Position numbers and translations under genes: made by a program
Shown here: in pieces, positions 1 to 12,189 of the stretch
Numbering within the stretch: position 1 is the first letter of the stretch
Layout: the number at the start of each line of letters is the position of its first letter
Notes under the pieces: generated by a model
What the model was told of the DNA's origin: nothing
Seen by the model: the letters and a program-made list of their open reading frames with translations, nothing else
The model's database searches: none
NCBI GenBank assembly: GCA_023231475.1
Contig: JALJEE010003284.1
Span: 1-64,000, forward strand
Direction: 5' to 3'
Source of the DNA: Seison nebaliae
Lineage: Eukaryota
DNA: 64,000 nt

Positions 1-60
1 ATTTAAAGCTCGCAGGTTTTCATAATTTTTATAACGTTCGAATAATATTAGTACATTTAA

Positions 61-387
61 GGAGGTATTCGTAGCTTCAATCGGGAAAATAAACTGGCAG
101 AAGCACTGTGTAGAAAGTATGCCAGATTGAAGAACATATCCCTCTTTGACTATTTTATGGGAATATTGTCGAAGGATTATCCATTTAAGGATCATGAAGA
201 AAGCGATGCAGATGAAGAGACTGACGAGGAGGATAATGATGAAGAAAATGAAGAGAAGAGTGACGAAGAAAAGGAAGAGGAATGCGAAGAAAGTGAAGAA
301 GAAAACGAAGAAGAAAACGAAGAAAGCGAAGAAGAAAACGAAGAGGAAAATGAAAATGATCATGAAAATGAAGAAGATATTAATTAA
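61..387 (+). CDS. Partial ORF with long acidic (E/D/N) tail; possibly the C-terminus of a decayed Mutator-type transposase
   Basis: Frame open from 61 (GGIRSFNRENKLAEALCRKYARLKNISLFDYFMGILSKDYPF) followed by GAA-rich repeats; no start in window; a possible element end lies at ~676-699. Confidence 0.3.
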   Translation, partial: GGIRSFNRENKLAEALCRKYARLKNISLFDYFMGILSKDYPFKDHEESDADEETDEEDNDEENEEKSDEEKEEECEESEEENEEENEESEEENEEENENDHENEEDIN

Positions 388-983
388 AAGGAAAATGATC
401 CCTATTATGAAGATCAACATCGACAATATCAGACCTATGGCCATTATAATTATTAACTAAACATAAAAGGCGCCAAAAAACTTATTTCAAATATATATTT
501 TCCTCTATCTTAATTCTCCTACTGCCTACTAAAAAATAAATTCTATTATAATATACTTTTTTGGTGAAAAAAAGTTTATAAAGCCTAAAATTTTTAAAAT
601 ATAAAGACTATTATGTTCAGAATCGTTTCAAAGGTCTATACGTTTAATTTCAGACAAAAAAAAAATTTTTTTCTGTAGCGTTCAAACCGAATTTTACCCA
701 AACAACTATAAAAACTCTCACTTTACCATGTTCTTATCTTTACAACACATTTTTTGAATTATACATAAATATAATTTATTACAAAATGTAAATAAAATAA
801 TGAACAAAATTGGAAAAAAATAATAAAAAAAAAAGAGTGTTAAATCTTCAATATGGGCATGTCAACCATACGTAATTTGAAGACTTGTTTATGAAGTAGT
901 CACTTCATCTCTGATATATTTAGAAGAATTAAGATTAGAGAATGAATATTTACACAAATTTAAAAATGTAAAAAATAATAAAA

Positions 984-2614
984 TTATGAAGGATATTCTG
1001 TTTCGAATTCATTAATAATTAACTCTAAATCATCTTCAGTTAGTTTATTGTCGAAAAGAGTGATATTTGAGGATTCAAACAATTTCTTTAAAGTTTCATC
1101 GAACTCTTCAATAATTGTGTTTGTTGTTTCACTAAAGTCAATACTTTCATTATCGGACGATCTCCTTCGTTTTGTTATAGAAATACCTGAGTCAGAAGAC
1201 TCTACAGAACTGATGTTCCAATTTAAATGATTTTTCGTCGATAAATCTTCCTTTAAAATTATTGGAACGGTTTTCATCAAAAAAAAATCCATAAGTATTT
1301 CAGATGTTATTCTTCTTTCAAAATCAACAATCTTCACATCTGATATGGAAGTATTCATGCAAATTTTGTTTGTTATTAAAGATTGTAATGGATCATTGAG
1401 AATTAATTGATTTAATTCAGAGAACATGATTTCTAAATAAGAAAAGATGGAATATTCTTCTTCGTTCCATATTCTCCGACTTGTTAACATGATCGATATT
1501 GGTGAATGGATATCAATCTTATTGAAAGTAACAAAGAACGGATAATATTCATCATTCATTCTTCTATGTATAATCGTACCATAAAATTTGTTCAATTTTT
1601 CTTCTTCTGCCAAACCTGATGAGAAAATAATTTATTAGTCATTATGAAGAAAGAGTAAGATGAATTTGAACATGAGCTATGAATTTTTTGAATTTTCTTT
1701 AAACTCGTTAAATCCACTTCATGATATAAGTTCTTTTGAGTTAATTCGAATTGATTTGAATACTGATTTAAAGAAGAAGAATAAAATTCCATATTATAAT
1801 TAATTGACTTTTCCACGTTCGATTTCAACACATTAAGTGAATTGTGAACTGTGAGAGAAAATGAGATATTAAAGAAAAAAATGAAAATTAACTGTGTTCA
1901 TCGACGGATGAAACGTTATATGAATTTATTAAATTATCTAAACATTCCCATTCGGTGAGAAGAAAATTATTTGTCCATTTAATTCGAATTAGAAATGGCT
2001 AAAAGAAGAAAATTGAGAAATAAGTTTTCTTCTATAAATAAAAATAAACATGAATCTTTTTATTTTCTCTCTTTGTCTTAATCCAATGCCACCATCCAAT
2101 GAATGAATAACTTTCATTCGACAATTTCCGTTTAAACATCTCATCAAGAGCATCTGGAGGATAAGTATGAATGAATGTTGAATTATTTCCATTCTCATCC
2201 TTATCAGTAATATTCTCAAAGTTTCCCAAAAGATCAATCTTTTTATTATTTGAAGAAGAAATTTAAAAATAAAGAATAATAAAAATGAACTTTGTTATAT
2301 CCAGTTCTATAAATATTTTCATCTGGTCCTTCAACAGTCAAAAATGTTCCATCTTTATCAAATAACATATAAAATTTATCTACATCGCATTTGGGAAATG
2401 ATTGTGCAATTAAGTTATTAAGAGTCTCTGATGGTTTCTTTCTAATGAAATCTTTCACTAAATGTTTCGCGTTGATTATTTTGAATGTGGCGGATAATGT
2501 CTCATTCTTACTCAAGACGGCACAATCCGAATTGAGTATATGTCCAAGACCGTTTCGCAATTGATCGAATTCTTTATTTTGATTTTGAGTCCAAGCTCGT
2601 TTAGCACCACTCAT
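984..2614 (-). CDS. Divergent bHLH-PAS transcription factor (5 exons)
   Basis: bHLH-like NKEFDQLRNGL..LSKNETLSATFKII; PAS-A-like FYMLFDKDGTFLTVEG..GYNK|IDLLG..FIHTYP; PAS-B-like LYHEVDLTSLKKIQK; four GTT-AG introns (first 2290-2239) join the ORF-track fragments in frame. Confidence 0.6.
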
Positions 2615-2795
2615 AATTGATTGTAAATGAATTAATGCAAAAAAATGGTATATAGATCAACTTATGTAATTAATAAAATTAGGAAAAACAGCACAGCCGT
2701 ATTCGAAGGAAAGTTGAGAATCAAATTTAATTTTGTTCGTTTTTATAATGTGTTGAACATATATTTATTTCAGTTACTCCCAATAACTTGTACTA

Positions 2796-5582
2796 TTAAC
2801 TAATCAGAAGATGACTGACGTCATTCGAACGAATAAATCCTCCGCCTACGCCATACAATATGATGTTCTCCAATGCGTTGGAGAGGTCAAAATAATATTG
2901 AAAATAGAGCGAATTTGTCAAAGTTTCTTCATACGATTTCTTTTCCAGCATAAAACTGTAGACGTCCAATAAAGTAGTGAAATATTCTTCATTTAGTCTC
3001 GTCATTGTTAGTATAATATCTCCATTATATTCAGGGTCGATGTGAAAGTTATAAGGAGATTTCATCAAATATTGTCTAATGCTTTCACAATATTCATCGA
3101 TCAAATCAAATATTCGATAAAAGAATGAGTCACATTTGAATAAAATGCATTTCTTATAATCGTCAATTAAATCACCATGAATGGTGAGTAAATGAGGAAG
3201 ATTCAAATATTTCAATGTGGCGATTTGTTTATGGAAAATGATTTGAAGTTGTCTTTCCATTGTTGGAATGATAGATATGAAGAGAAAATCTTTCAAATAC
3301 ATTTGAGTCGATTGTAAAATTTTCAAAATATTTTTCTCAAAATATTTCATATATAACGTGAGATTTGACAATTTTAATTTGATAATTTGCATTCTTATAA
3401 AGAACTTATTGATTTCTTGATATTCTTTCATAAATTGATTTGATAAGAGAATATTGAATGGTCGATTGAATGTGGTTTGAAATAGGAATGAATCCAATTT
3501 CGCCTCTTCATTTCTTTCATACCATTCGAGATTGATGTTAAGATATTTTAAATTAACTGAATAATTTCGATTTAAAGTGAGAAATCGTTGGAAATAATAA
3601 GTCATTAAACAATGTTCAATTTCATTATTTTTCAATTCTTTTAACATATAATGGTGAATGAACCATTGGAAAAAATTGTTGATGAATGGAAGATTTAATC
3701 GAATATTGATGGCGAATAATAATTTAAAGAAGAATTGAATTGTTAAAGAATTGTTCGTTAATAATTGGAAGAATTGATCATCAATTAATTTTAATTCATT
3801 CCGAATTCTTCCAAATAGTTGATGTTCTCGTCCGTTTGATGTTTTCGTAAATCGCAAATTTATCGAATTGTTTCCACTTAATGTTTCCTCGTCGACAACG
3901 AATTGATAAAAGACTGACGTTTTTATTCCATAAATTAACAATCTCTCAATCTCTTCATATTGTTGTTGAAAGAATGAATTAATAGTAAAAACATGATTAT
4001 ATTTCTGATTAATTTTATTTTTGAAAATTTCATTCCAAAAATTATTAATTTCACTAAAACATTCCCCATTCAATAGGAGATTAATTGATGATAAATCGAT
4101 TAATTTCTCCAATTTCTTCAATTGTAAATTAATCGATTCATCTTCATCATTTCCTTTTATCAGACATTTTAATTGGAAATATCGATGGAGATTTGAAATA
4201 TTCTTCTTACTAATAAATGACATGAAGAAATTGTCGATATGTTCCATTATTAATCGATATAATTGTCGTAAATTATCTCGATGTCTCTCTTCCATTTTCG
4301 TCCAATTAACTGATCGTTTCAATCGATTCAATTCAAATAATGAAATCAATTCTAAAATTAAATATTTCATCTGATAATCGTTTGACTCGTTGAAATTAGA
4401 GAAGAAATATCGATGGAATTTCTCACATGATATTGTTAATTGATGATAGAATGGATGAAGTATATGAAGTAATTTCATTTCATTCGAATAATATAATTCT
4501 TCTTCGATCGACAATCGACTTAACGACAACGAATCCCAATCACTTTTTCGAATTATTTGTAAATTGGAGAGATTCAATTGAATTTCTAAACGTTTCTCGA
4601 TTTCGTTCACTTTATTCAAGAATGGTTGATAGAAATCGATGGAAATTCTCTCGAAAATTGAATTGACAATTTGAATGAATAATTTCATTAAACGATTATG
4701 TCGATGATTATTGTCATTTCTCATGAGAATTTTTTCTAATTGTTCTTTAATGAAATGATGAAATGAATAATTAATATTTATTAATAATGAGGAAGCTTTT
4801 AAAAAATCTTCAGGAATTCCTTCATTTGATAATATATTGTGAATTAATTGGAATTTATTGAAAATATCTTCATTCTCCTTATGGAACAATTGATAATTTT
4901 CTAAATTGAATGAATTCTTCACTTCTTTCTTTACTTCGATTTCTTCTTCTTCAATTTCTTTCTTTATTATCTTTTCATCATTTTTCTTCTCATTCACTTC
5001 CTCTTCAACATTCGACCATTCACTTAAAGTGGAAGATGACGAGAATGAATAATTCCTTTCGATCTTTTCAATATCGATAGGCAAATGATTTTTGGATAAT
5101 TTTAATTTCTCATTTTTCATCTTCTCTCTCAATGATGAGAGATCCATATCGATTATTGATTCATATGTTAAATTATTCATCAACATTAAAAATTTCAATA
5201 TTTTAAAATTGGTCGAATTTAATTTTTCAACTATTCGATAATTGGACAAAGATTTCAGAAGGAAATCTTCTTTCTTCAAAAATTTACTCAATATGAATTG
5301 CTTCTCTTTCAATTCTTCTTTCGATTGATAAATATTCTTCGTATAATCTTCATCGATGATCGATTTGACACAACGAAATATTTCTTTCCCATAATTCTCA
5401 TCAGGACCATGTATCAACCATCGTTCTATAATTCCATTATATTCTCCAATCAACTTTCTCGTTTTTTCAGGAATGTCTTCCTCAATCGAATTCTTCTCCG
5501 TCAAATCATCGACATTCAATTGATCGACATTAAAACTGTTTTTGAAATCGTCTTGTAATAATTGATTAATATAAATTTTCAT
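2796..5582 (-). CDS. Gamma-tubulin complex component (Spc97/Spc98 GCP family), intronless; subunit identity uncertain
   Basis: 928 aa ORF with GRIP2-like segments LSSINLLLNGECF and FNRPFNILLSNQFMKEYQEINKFFIRMQIIK. Confidence 0.65.
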   Translation of the reverse strand: MKIYINQLLQDDFKNSFNVDQLNVDDLTEKNSIEEDIPEKTRKLIGEYNGIIERWLIHGPDENYGKEIFRCVKSIIDEDYTKNIYQSKEELKEKQFILSKFLKKEDFLLKSLSNYRIVEKLNSTNFKILKFLMLMNNLTYESIIDMDLSSLREKMKNEKLKLSKNHLPIDIEKIERNYSFSSSSTLSEWSNVEEEVNEKKNDEKIIKKEIEEEEIEVKKEVKNSFNLENYQLFHKENEDIFNKFQLIHNILSNEGIPEDFLKASSLLININYSFHHFIKEQLEKILMRNDNNHRHNRLMKLFIQIVNSIFERISIDFYQPFLNKVNEIEKRLEIQLNLSNLQIIRKSDWDSLSLSRLSIEEELYYSNEMKLLHILHPFYHQLTISCEKFHRYFFSNFNESNDYQMKYLILELISLFELNRLKRSVNWTKMEERHRDNLRQLYRLIMEHIDNFFMSFISKKNISNLHRYFQLKCLIKGNDEDESINLQLKKLEKLIDLSSINLLLNGECFSEINNFWNEIFKNKINQKYNHVFTINSFFQQQYEEIERLLIYGIKTSVFYQFVVDEETLSGNNSINLRFTKTSNGREHQLFGRIRNELKLIDDQFFQLLTNNSLTIQFFFKLLFAINIRLNLPFINNFFQWFIHHYMLKELKNNEIEHCLMTYYFQRFLTLNRNYSVNLKYLNINLEWYERNEEAKLDSFLFQTTFNRPFNILLSNQFMKEYQEINKFFIRMQIIKLKLSNLTLYMKYFEKNILKILQSTQMYLKDFLFISIIPTMERQLQIIFHKQIATLKYLNLPHLLTIHGDLIDDYKKCILFKCDSFFYRIFDLIDEYCESIRQYLMKSPYNFHIDPEYNGDIILTMTRLNEEYFTTLLDVYSFMLEKKSYEETLTNSLYFQYYFDLSNALENIILYGVGGGFIRSNDVSHLLIS

Positions 5583-5676
5583 TATCTTCTTTATAAATTA
5601 TGATTTAATAAGCCTAATTTCAAGAAAAGACGTTCAAATCATTATTCTCTTTTCCATTATGAACGTATTTTCACTT

Positions 5677-5689
5677 GTTACTTAGTAAC
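5677..5689. promoter_or_regulatory. RFX X-box-like motif in the divergent GCP/NEK1 promoter
   Basis: GTTACTTAGTAAC, a near-palindrome resembling GTNRCY-N-RGYAAC, ~95 bp from the GCP ATG and ~240 bp from the NEK1 ATG. Confidence 0.5.
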
Positions 5690-5931
5690 TATCTGTAAAA
5701 GTTTATTATTCAGAAAAATATTTAAAGAAAAATATATATAATTTTGACAGTACTAAAAGTTCAATTATAGACAGATTAGAAGAATAAAATAAAACTTCTT
5801 CTCCTACTAATTGGAAATTATTCTCTCTATGTTTATTTTAGAAATAAATTAAGTTCATTAGAACACAAACCATTCCTACAATATTATGCAACAGTTGAGA
5901 TAATAAAATATTATAATAAAAGTTTAAATTA

Positions 5932-8900
5932 ATGAATAATTATATAAAGATCAGGAAGATTGGGGAAGGATCTTTCGGTAAAGTATGGTTAATAAAGGAA
6001 AGAACCAATCAATTTCAACCATCATCCCCAAAAGTGGAAACTCAAGTTATGAAAGAAATCGATTTATCTAGAGTTCCTTCAAATATTTCCTTCCTTCAAC
6101 ATATTTCATCAAATTTAATTCTCGTTCATTGAATTCGAATAGTTGCGAGTAGCGGATAAAGGGAAAGCGTTAGCGGAAGTAAAAGTTCTAGCTAACATTA
6201 ATCATAGTTGCATTGTAAAATATTATGATTCGTTTCAAGGTTCAAGAATAAATTATTTTCCCTCATTCCGTCCATAACCACCAATTGCAGATTTAGCCAT
6301 ATTATGTATAATAATGGAATATTGTGATGGAGGAGATCTACAACAGAAAATTCTTCAACAAAAGAATCGAGTAAATGCAACTTATTTTGACGAAACATTA
6401 ATTACCAATTTGTTCTCACAAATAGCTGCTGCAGTGAAACATATGCACGACAGGAAGATTTTACATCGTGATCTAAAATGTGAAGTTCACAAAAAATTTC
6501 TTGCTTTATTAAATAAAAATATTATTCAGAATATATTTCTCTCAACAGGTGATCGAATAAAATTGGGTGATTTTGGAGTTGCAAAAATATTAACAGGGTT
6601 AGAAATATAATCATAATAATTTTTTATTATCTGTCTTTTGTAGAACTGTAGATTATGCATCAACATTGATCGGTACTCCGTATTATATGTCGCCAGAAAT
6701 TTGGTCGAATCAAAAATACAACAACAAAACGTTAAAATTTTTAAACGTTTGCTTATAATTTATTATTCTGAATTTCAGTGACATTTGGTCGTTAGGTTGC
6801 ATTCTTTATCAGATGATGTCGTTGAAGAATCCTGTTAATTCTTGTTTCATTAAATTAATTTTAATTCAATTTTTAACAGTTCGAATCGAAATCACAAAGA
6901 GAATTAATTTTGAAAGTTACCGGTAGAGGAACAGTAAGCGAACTGCCAAATCATTTTTCTTATGACTTACGCTTGCTTGCCAAACAGATGTTAAAAAAGT
7001 CTCCAAAAGATCGTCCATCGATTAATTTGATTTTTGCCAAATCGTTTATTCATACTGCTGCTTCAAAATTTATTCCAAATGAAGTTTCCGAGATAAAATT
7101 ATTAAAATTTATTCAGTTTGTTGAAGGAAATGGAAGAAGCGTTATCTCACACAGTTCTTCATGGATATAACTTAAATCGAGCTCCAGTCAAACCACAAAC
7201 TCCAAAGAAAAAAGCGATCGAATTGTCCAAACCGAAATTTCTTACAAAATCGAACAAGAAGAAGTTTTATTTGAAATTATGAAAGAATCTATTCAGAGAT
7301 TCATTCTTAAAATTATCCTATTAATTTAGTGAAGTGAGAACTACTTCGAAAAGTGAAGCATATTCGAAATTCATGAAAAAGTTAGGAGATACACATCACA
7401 TCATTCGATAATTAATATTTATGGAACGTCTTTAGACAAAATGAAGAACGGAAGAAAATGTTATCGAACGAAGGAAAAGTGATATTTTATTTCGAAATCT
7501 TATCAATAATTCTTTTGTTCATAGAAGAAAGATGTAGCATTACAAGACGTTTATTTCAAATTTTTCTGAAATATTTTTATGAAATTTTTAGAGAAATCGA
7601 ATAAACAAAGAACGAGAGAAAGGATGGAAACCGATTGTAGCAGATTATAGACCAGCAAATTACGGTCAAAACCACCGAGAAATTGTAAATAATGACAGAA
7701 TGAATGTTATTTCGAGGGAAAGATATAGTATGTATCATGATCTATTAGGAGATTTGAGAGCGAATAGAAATCAATTAAGTAACGTTTCACAACAAGCACC
7801 ATTCATGCATAATTATCAAAGACAAAAGTTGGAATTTTTAAGAAAAATAGAAAACAAATTTTTATCAGATCTGACAATCAAGTTCAAGATGAATATATAC
7901 AACGACGAAATGAAGCGTTGAGAAATAAAATTAATTACGAGAAGGTTTATAGTCATGATGACTATCAACGAGTATCTTATCGATCTCCCATCGCCCCTCA
8001 CATTGAAACGAAATCATCAGAGTCCGAATATTTAAGGAAATTAGAGGAATGTAGAATACAAAATCATCGAGTTACAATATTGGGTATTTTTCTAATAATA
8101 ATTTCATATTGTAATTCAGGAAAGAAAAGAACTTTTGGCGAAACATAAACCGTCCAATTTCCGATATCCTTATCAAAAGCCGAAATGTTCAGAACAGAAC
8201 GATAACATTGATGATGTATTGAAGAAATTAAATTTGAATGATAAACCCTTATCAGAAAAGCAAGAGGACAAAGAAGAGAGTAAAGATAAACGACAAATTA
8301 ACAAATCGAATATTCCAAAAGATGATAATAAATGGAATAAAAATAAGACTAAAGAGAAGGAATGGGATATGAATGGTCATAATACTGAATTCCGTCAATT
8401 GATTGATAATCAAACTGGAATAATTACAGATACGATGAATATGAAGACGGTAAGTAGTGCATCAAGTAAGAAAACTGATGAATCGGAGGACGACAGTTTA
8501 GGTCTCTTACAGAAACTCAAAAAGATTAAAAATGAGAATTTGGAGAAGATAAATAAAAAGTCGAATAATGGAATTCGATGTAAGACGGCGAATTTATCTA
8601 AAACAAAAACAATTAAAAAAGAGGTAAAAGAAAATGTTTTAGATGGTTTAGCAACGGGTAAATTTGATATGAAACATCCGACGGTTTCCATTTATCATTA
8701 ACTATTTGCCAATTTCTAATAATTTTACTTCCAGTTGTTAAGAACAGCATCAGTGCCAAATATAATAGTTGAGTTGGAAGAAAATGAAAATGAGAAGACG
8801 AATGGGATTAAAGTTGAAGAATTATCCGAGAATCTTACGGAAAAACCGATTATTCGAATTATGTCGAAAAAACGGAAAAATTCGGCACACCTAATAAAAA

Positions 8901-9639
8901 ATAAAAGTGAATCCGAAAATGACGATGATAATCAAAAATCAACATCTAACGACGATGATGATGATGATGATGATGAATATGAATTAATCACTTCTCAACA
9001 AATTTCTACAGTAACTTCATCAACGAATGATGATGATAATGATGATGAAAAATTAAAACGGGCTGAATTGAGACATGATATCAGTTTGAGATTAACAAAT
9101 CCAAAGATTCAAAAGAAAAGAAAACAAAATCTTATGAATGATATTGATGATATTACGTTGAGTACGATAGCGGAAGGATCATCTGAATATTTTACATTAC
9201 CAGACGATAATCCACTAGAGAATGTTGAAACAACAGAAGACGATTATTTCGAAGATGAATATGGTTCTTCTTTTCATTTCTTTTTCGAACTTTCTTCATT
9301 TTTTAGATGATCTTCCAATTATTCCGTCGAAGAGTAAAGTGGAAAATTTAAAGAAAGAATTATGTTGTCGTTTGGGAGAAAGAAGATTTAGAGTTTCTTT
9401 TTCTTTTTATTTCAAATCGTTTATAATTCAAATGAAAGGTTATTTACAATAGTATGAACGAATTGTTAAATCAAGATCCGATTTATACATCGAATGATGG
9501 TTATTACGAAAAAAAGAAAAAGATGAGAAAGATTCTAGAAGAAGCTGTTGGTAAAGATATTCTTGATAAATTATGGGACGATATGATAAAATTAATTACA
9601 ATCAAAAATATTTTGGACGTTTCTTCCTCCAAATCTTGA
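5932..9639 (+). CDS. NEK1: NIMA-related Ser/Thr kinase, NEK1-like (~17 exons)
   Basis: IGEGSFG, MEYCDGGDL, HRDLKCE|NIFL, DFG, GTPYYMSPE and DIWSLG reassembled across introns 6073-6142, 6240-6290, 6485-6529, 6598-6643, 6731-6778, 6834-6879; C-terminal GLATGKFD..LLRTASVP resembles NEK1. Confidence 0.8.
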
Positions 9640-9762
9640 ATTATTTTTCTTTTTGAAATCTTTTCCGATTAATTCAAATAAAGTCGTCTTGTGAATTGTT
9701 TAATAATTGTTTGATTGTTAATTAAAATAAATATGGAAAGAATTTGGAGAAAGAAATAAAAA

Positions 9763-10335
9763 TTATTTATTGGAATGAACAATATCCAATAAATCATCAT
9801 CATCATCAGCAGCTGTATCATCTAATATTTCCGTTGTATTATCCTGTTTTTCATCTTCGTCATCTTGAGAAATTTCATCGTTTTTTGATAATTTATTTTT
9901 TTTTGAACGATTAATTGCTCGTCGTCGTCGTTTATTCCTTTTCTTTTCCGTTTGCTCTTCAATTTCTTTTTGATTCTTTAAAATTTTTTTATTATATTGA
10001 TCTTCGTTCTCTAATCGTTTCTTTTCTCTCAACATAAATGCTTCTCGAATCTTTTGCCGTCGACGAATTCCTCGATAAATATCAAACTCTCCAGAACCAG
10101 CACCCGAACTTGCTCCCATAATATTTCTGATGTACATGTGAGGATTGAATGCTCTTGGTAATCGATTATTCTTTGGCATTTCAGGAATGATAACCGGTTT
10201 CTCTGGTTCTTCCATTAATCGTTTTACTTTATATTTCATGAGATTTTGTGCAGTATTCAACACAATATATTCCTCATCTTCTTCATCTTTCTCCGTTTTC
10301 AATTCTCCATCTATTTCCTTCTCTTTCATATCCAT
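9763..10335 (-). CDS. PRKRIP1: PRKR-interacting protein 1 (spliceosome-associated, DUF1168), intronless
   Basis: RLMEEPEKPVIIPE..RNIMGASSGAGSGEFDIYRGIRRRQ signature; first in-frame ATG at 10335. Confidence 0.9.
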   Translation of the reverse strand: MDMKEKEIDGELKTEKDEEDEEYIVLNTAQNLMKYKVKRLMEEPEKPVIIPEMPKNNRLPRAFNPHMYIRNIMGASSGAGSGEFDIYRGIRRRQKIREAFMLREKKRLENEDQYNKKILKNQKEIEEQTEKKRNKRRRRAINRSKKNKLSKNDEISQDDEDEKQDNTTEILDDTAADDDDDLLDIVHSNK

Positions 10336-10723
10336 TAGAACAGAAAACAGAAATGATAAATCTGATAAAATATGAAATAAAAAATTCAAAAGAATATTAA
10401 CATTTGAATGATATTCAATGAAATGAATTGATGATTATTTTAAATTCAATTAAGAAATTCATAGAATAATTATCATAATATATTTTATTTTTTCTAAAAA
10501 TGACAGCTTACAAATTGATTTTATCATAAACTGTTAGAAATTTCACAATTATTTATTTTATTTAAATATTTTTTCGTTAAACTTTCATTCTATGTTTTAT
10601 TAAATTCTAACATTTGTAAGATATTGTAAGTTTACATATTGTCTATTGTAATGAAGAATAAGAATTTGTTAGGTAGACTTTATATTTATTATAGATACAC
10701 GAATAAATTACAAAATTAGCAGA

Positions 10724-11890
10724 TTAACAAAAAGACATAAAATGAATGATAATAAGAAATAATGAAATAAATGAGGATTTGATGGTTGATGGGGAAGAAT
10801 TCGAGATAAATTTCATTGCTTCTGATGATGCAGAGTCTTCAAATGTATAATGAATTCTGTTATTCTGAATAAAAATACGACGATTACGACCCACAGAAAG
10901 ATTTTTCCTTTTTTCTTTTTTCAGAAACGCCACAACAACTGGAAGGTTGTTAGAAGAATTTCTTAATTTCATCTGTTTCTTTGACTCTCTTTTTTTCGTC
11001 GTTAATTCAATTGGGAATGACGTCGTTGAAGTTATCGACTTCATAATTTTGAGCGGGGTGTTGATAATTGTGGATGTTACCGAACTATTATTAGCTAGAG
11101 AGGAATTATTCATATTCTCCATTTTCGACAAATGGGAATGGACAAGTATTTTTAATTTCATATTATTCTTCTCACAAAGACCATTCTCTTCATTATTTAT
11201 TCCATTCTTTGTTCCATCTGACGTAGCTAATAAATGAAAATAAAAATAATAATTCAAATAAAGAATGAAAATAACTGATAAAATAATAGATATTATTCGG
11301 AATTAAATTGAATGTACCGGGAAGCATCTTTATGGGAGAAACGAGAATTGTACGTTTCCTTACAGATCTTTCTGGTGAACATGTCAATAATAAACGAGCA
11401 AATTTCTTTTTCACCTTTTTCCCCAACGTTATCTTCTCAATTAATTCCTTCTCGAAATCTTTCAATTTCGTTAATTTACAATTCTCATAATCAGATTTTG
11501 AAACGGAATAAATTTTGTAGTAAATTTCCGATGATCGATTCATCATATCATCACAAATAATATCCAAACTTTGACCATTGAACACATGATAACTGTTACC
11601 GAATGTTATCCAATCGACGTAATTTTTTTTATTATTTCCATTAAGTTCTGATTCGTTCATTTTAAAAGAATATCGTTGTCGTTTCGTTCTAACGATATCG
11701 TCTTGTTGTAAATTGGAATTAAATCTGAAATTTGAATTTCGTTCGATACAAATATTAAAAGAATTCTATCTAACAATTCTTTGTTGTGAATATTGAAATA
11801 GATTTGTTGAGTAATATCGATCGCCAATAAATGATTGATTAGATCATGAAGGTGGAAAACTAGAATGTATTGGAATAATTTCATGTTCAT
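10724..11890 (-). CDS. Ephrin ligand, probably GPI-anchored (3 exons)
   Basis: Signal-like N-terminus; IYFNIHNKEL|F, LDIICD, YKIYSVSKSDYENC, LLLTC, YYFIT|TSDG..GLC..NMKLKI; hydrophobic C-terminus SSFISLFLIIIHFMSFC with no cytoplasmic tail; two GTT introns. Confidence 0.85.
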
Positions 11891-12167
11891 CTCGACGTTA
11901 TGTGAGTGACATTTGGATCATGACAAATGGAATTCTGAGGAGAAGAAATGTTAAGTGAAGTTAATCGATAAATGTTTATGAGAGATTATAAAGAAAATAA
12001 TCGGTAGTGATTTGATAAGGAGACAAAAGAAACAGAAATCACAAAAGAAAATCTTCGTTACAATAACGTTGAGAAACGGAAAATTGATATGGAATGTCAA
12101 CAATCATTTTTGTTTAATACAAAACAGTGAATGTGCAGTCGATAAATGAAAATAAACAAATGTATCG

Positions 12168-12189
12168 ATATATATATATATATATATAT
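12168..12189. repeat. (TA)n microsatellite
   Basis: Run of alternating A/T directly visible. Confidence 0.9.

Noticed and set aside
146..460. 104-aa Lys-rich ORF
   Set aside because: Alternative frame of the GAA-rich acidic repeat
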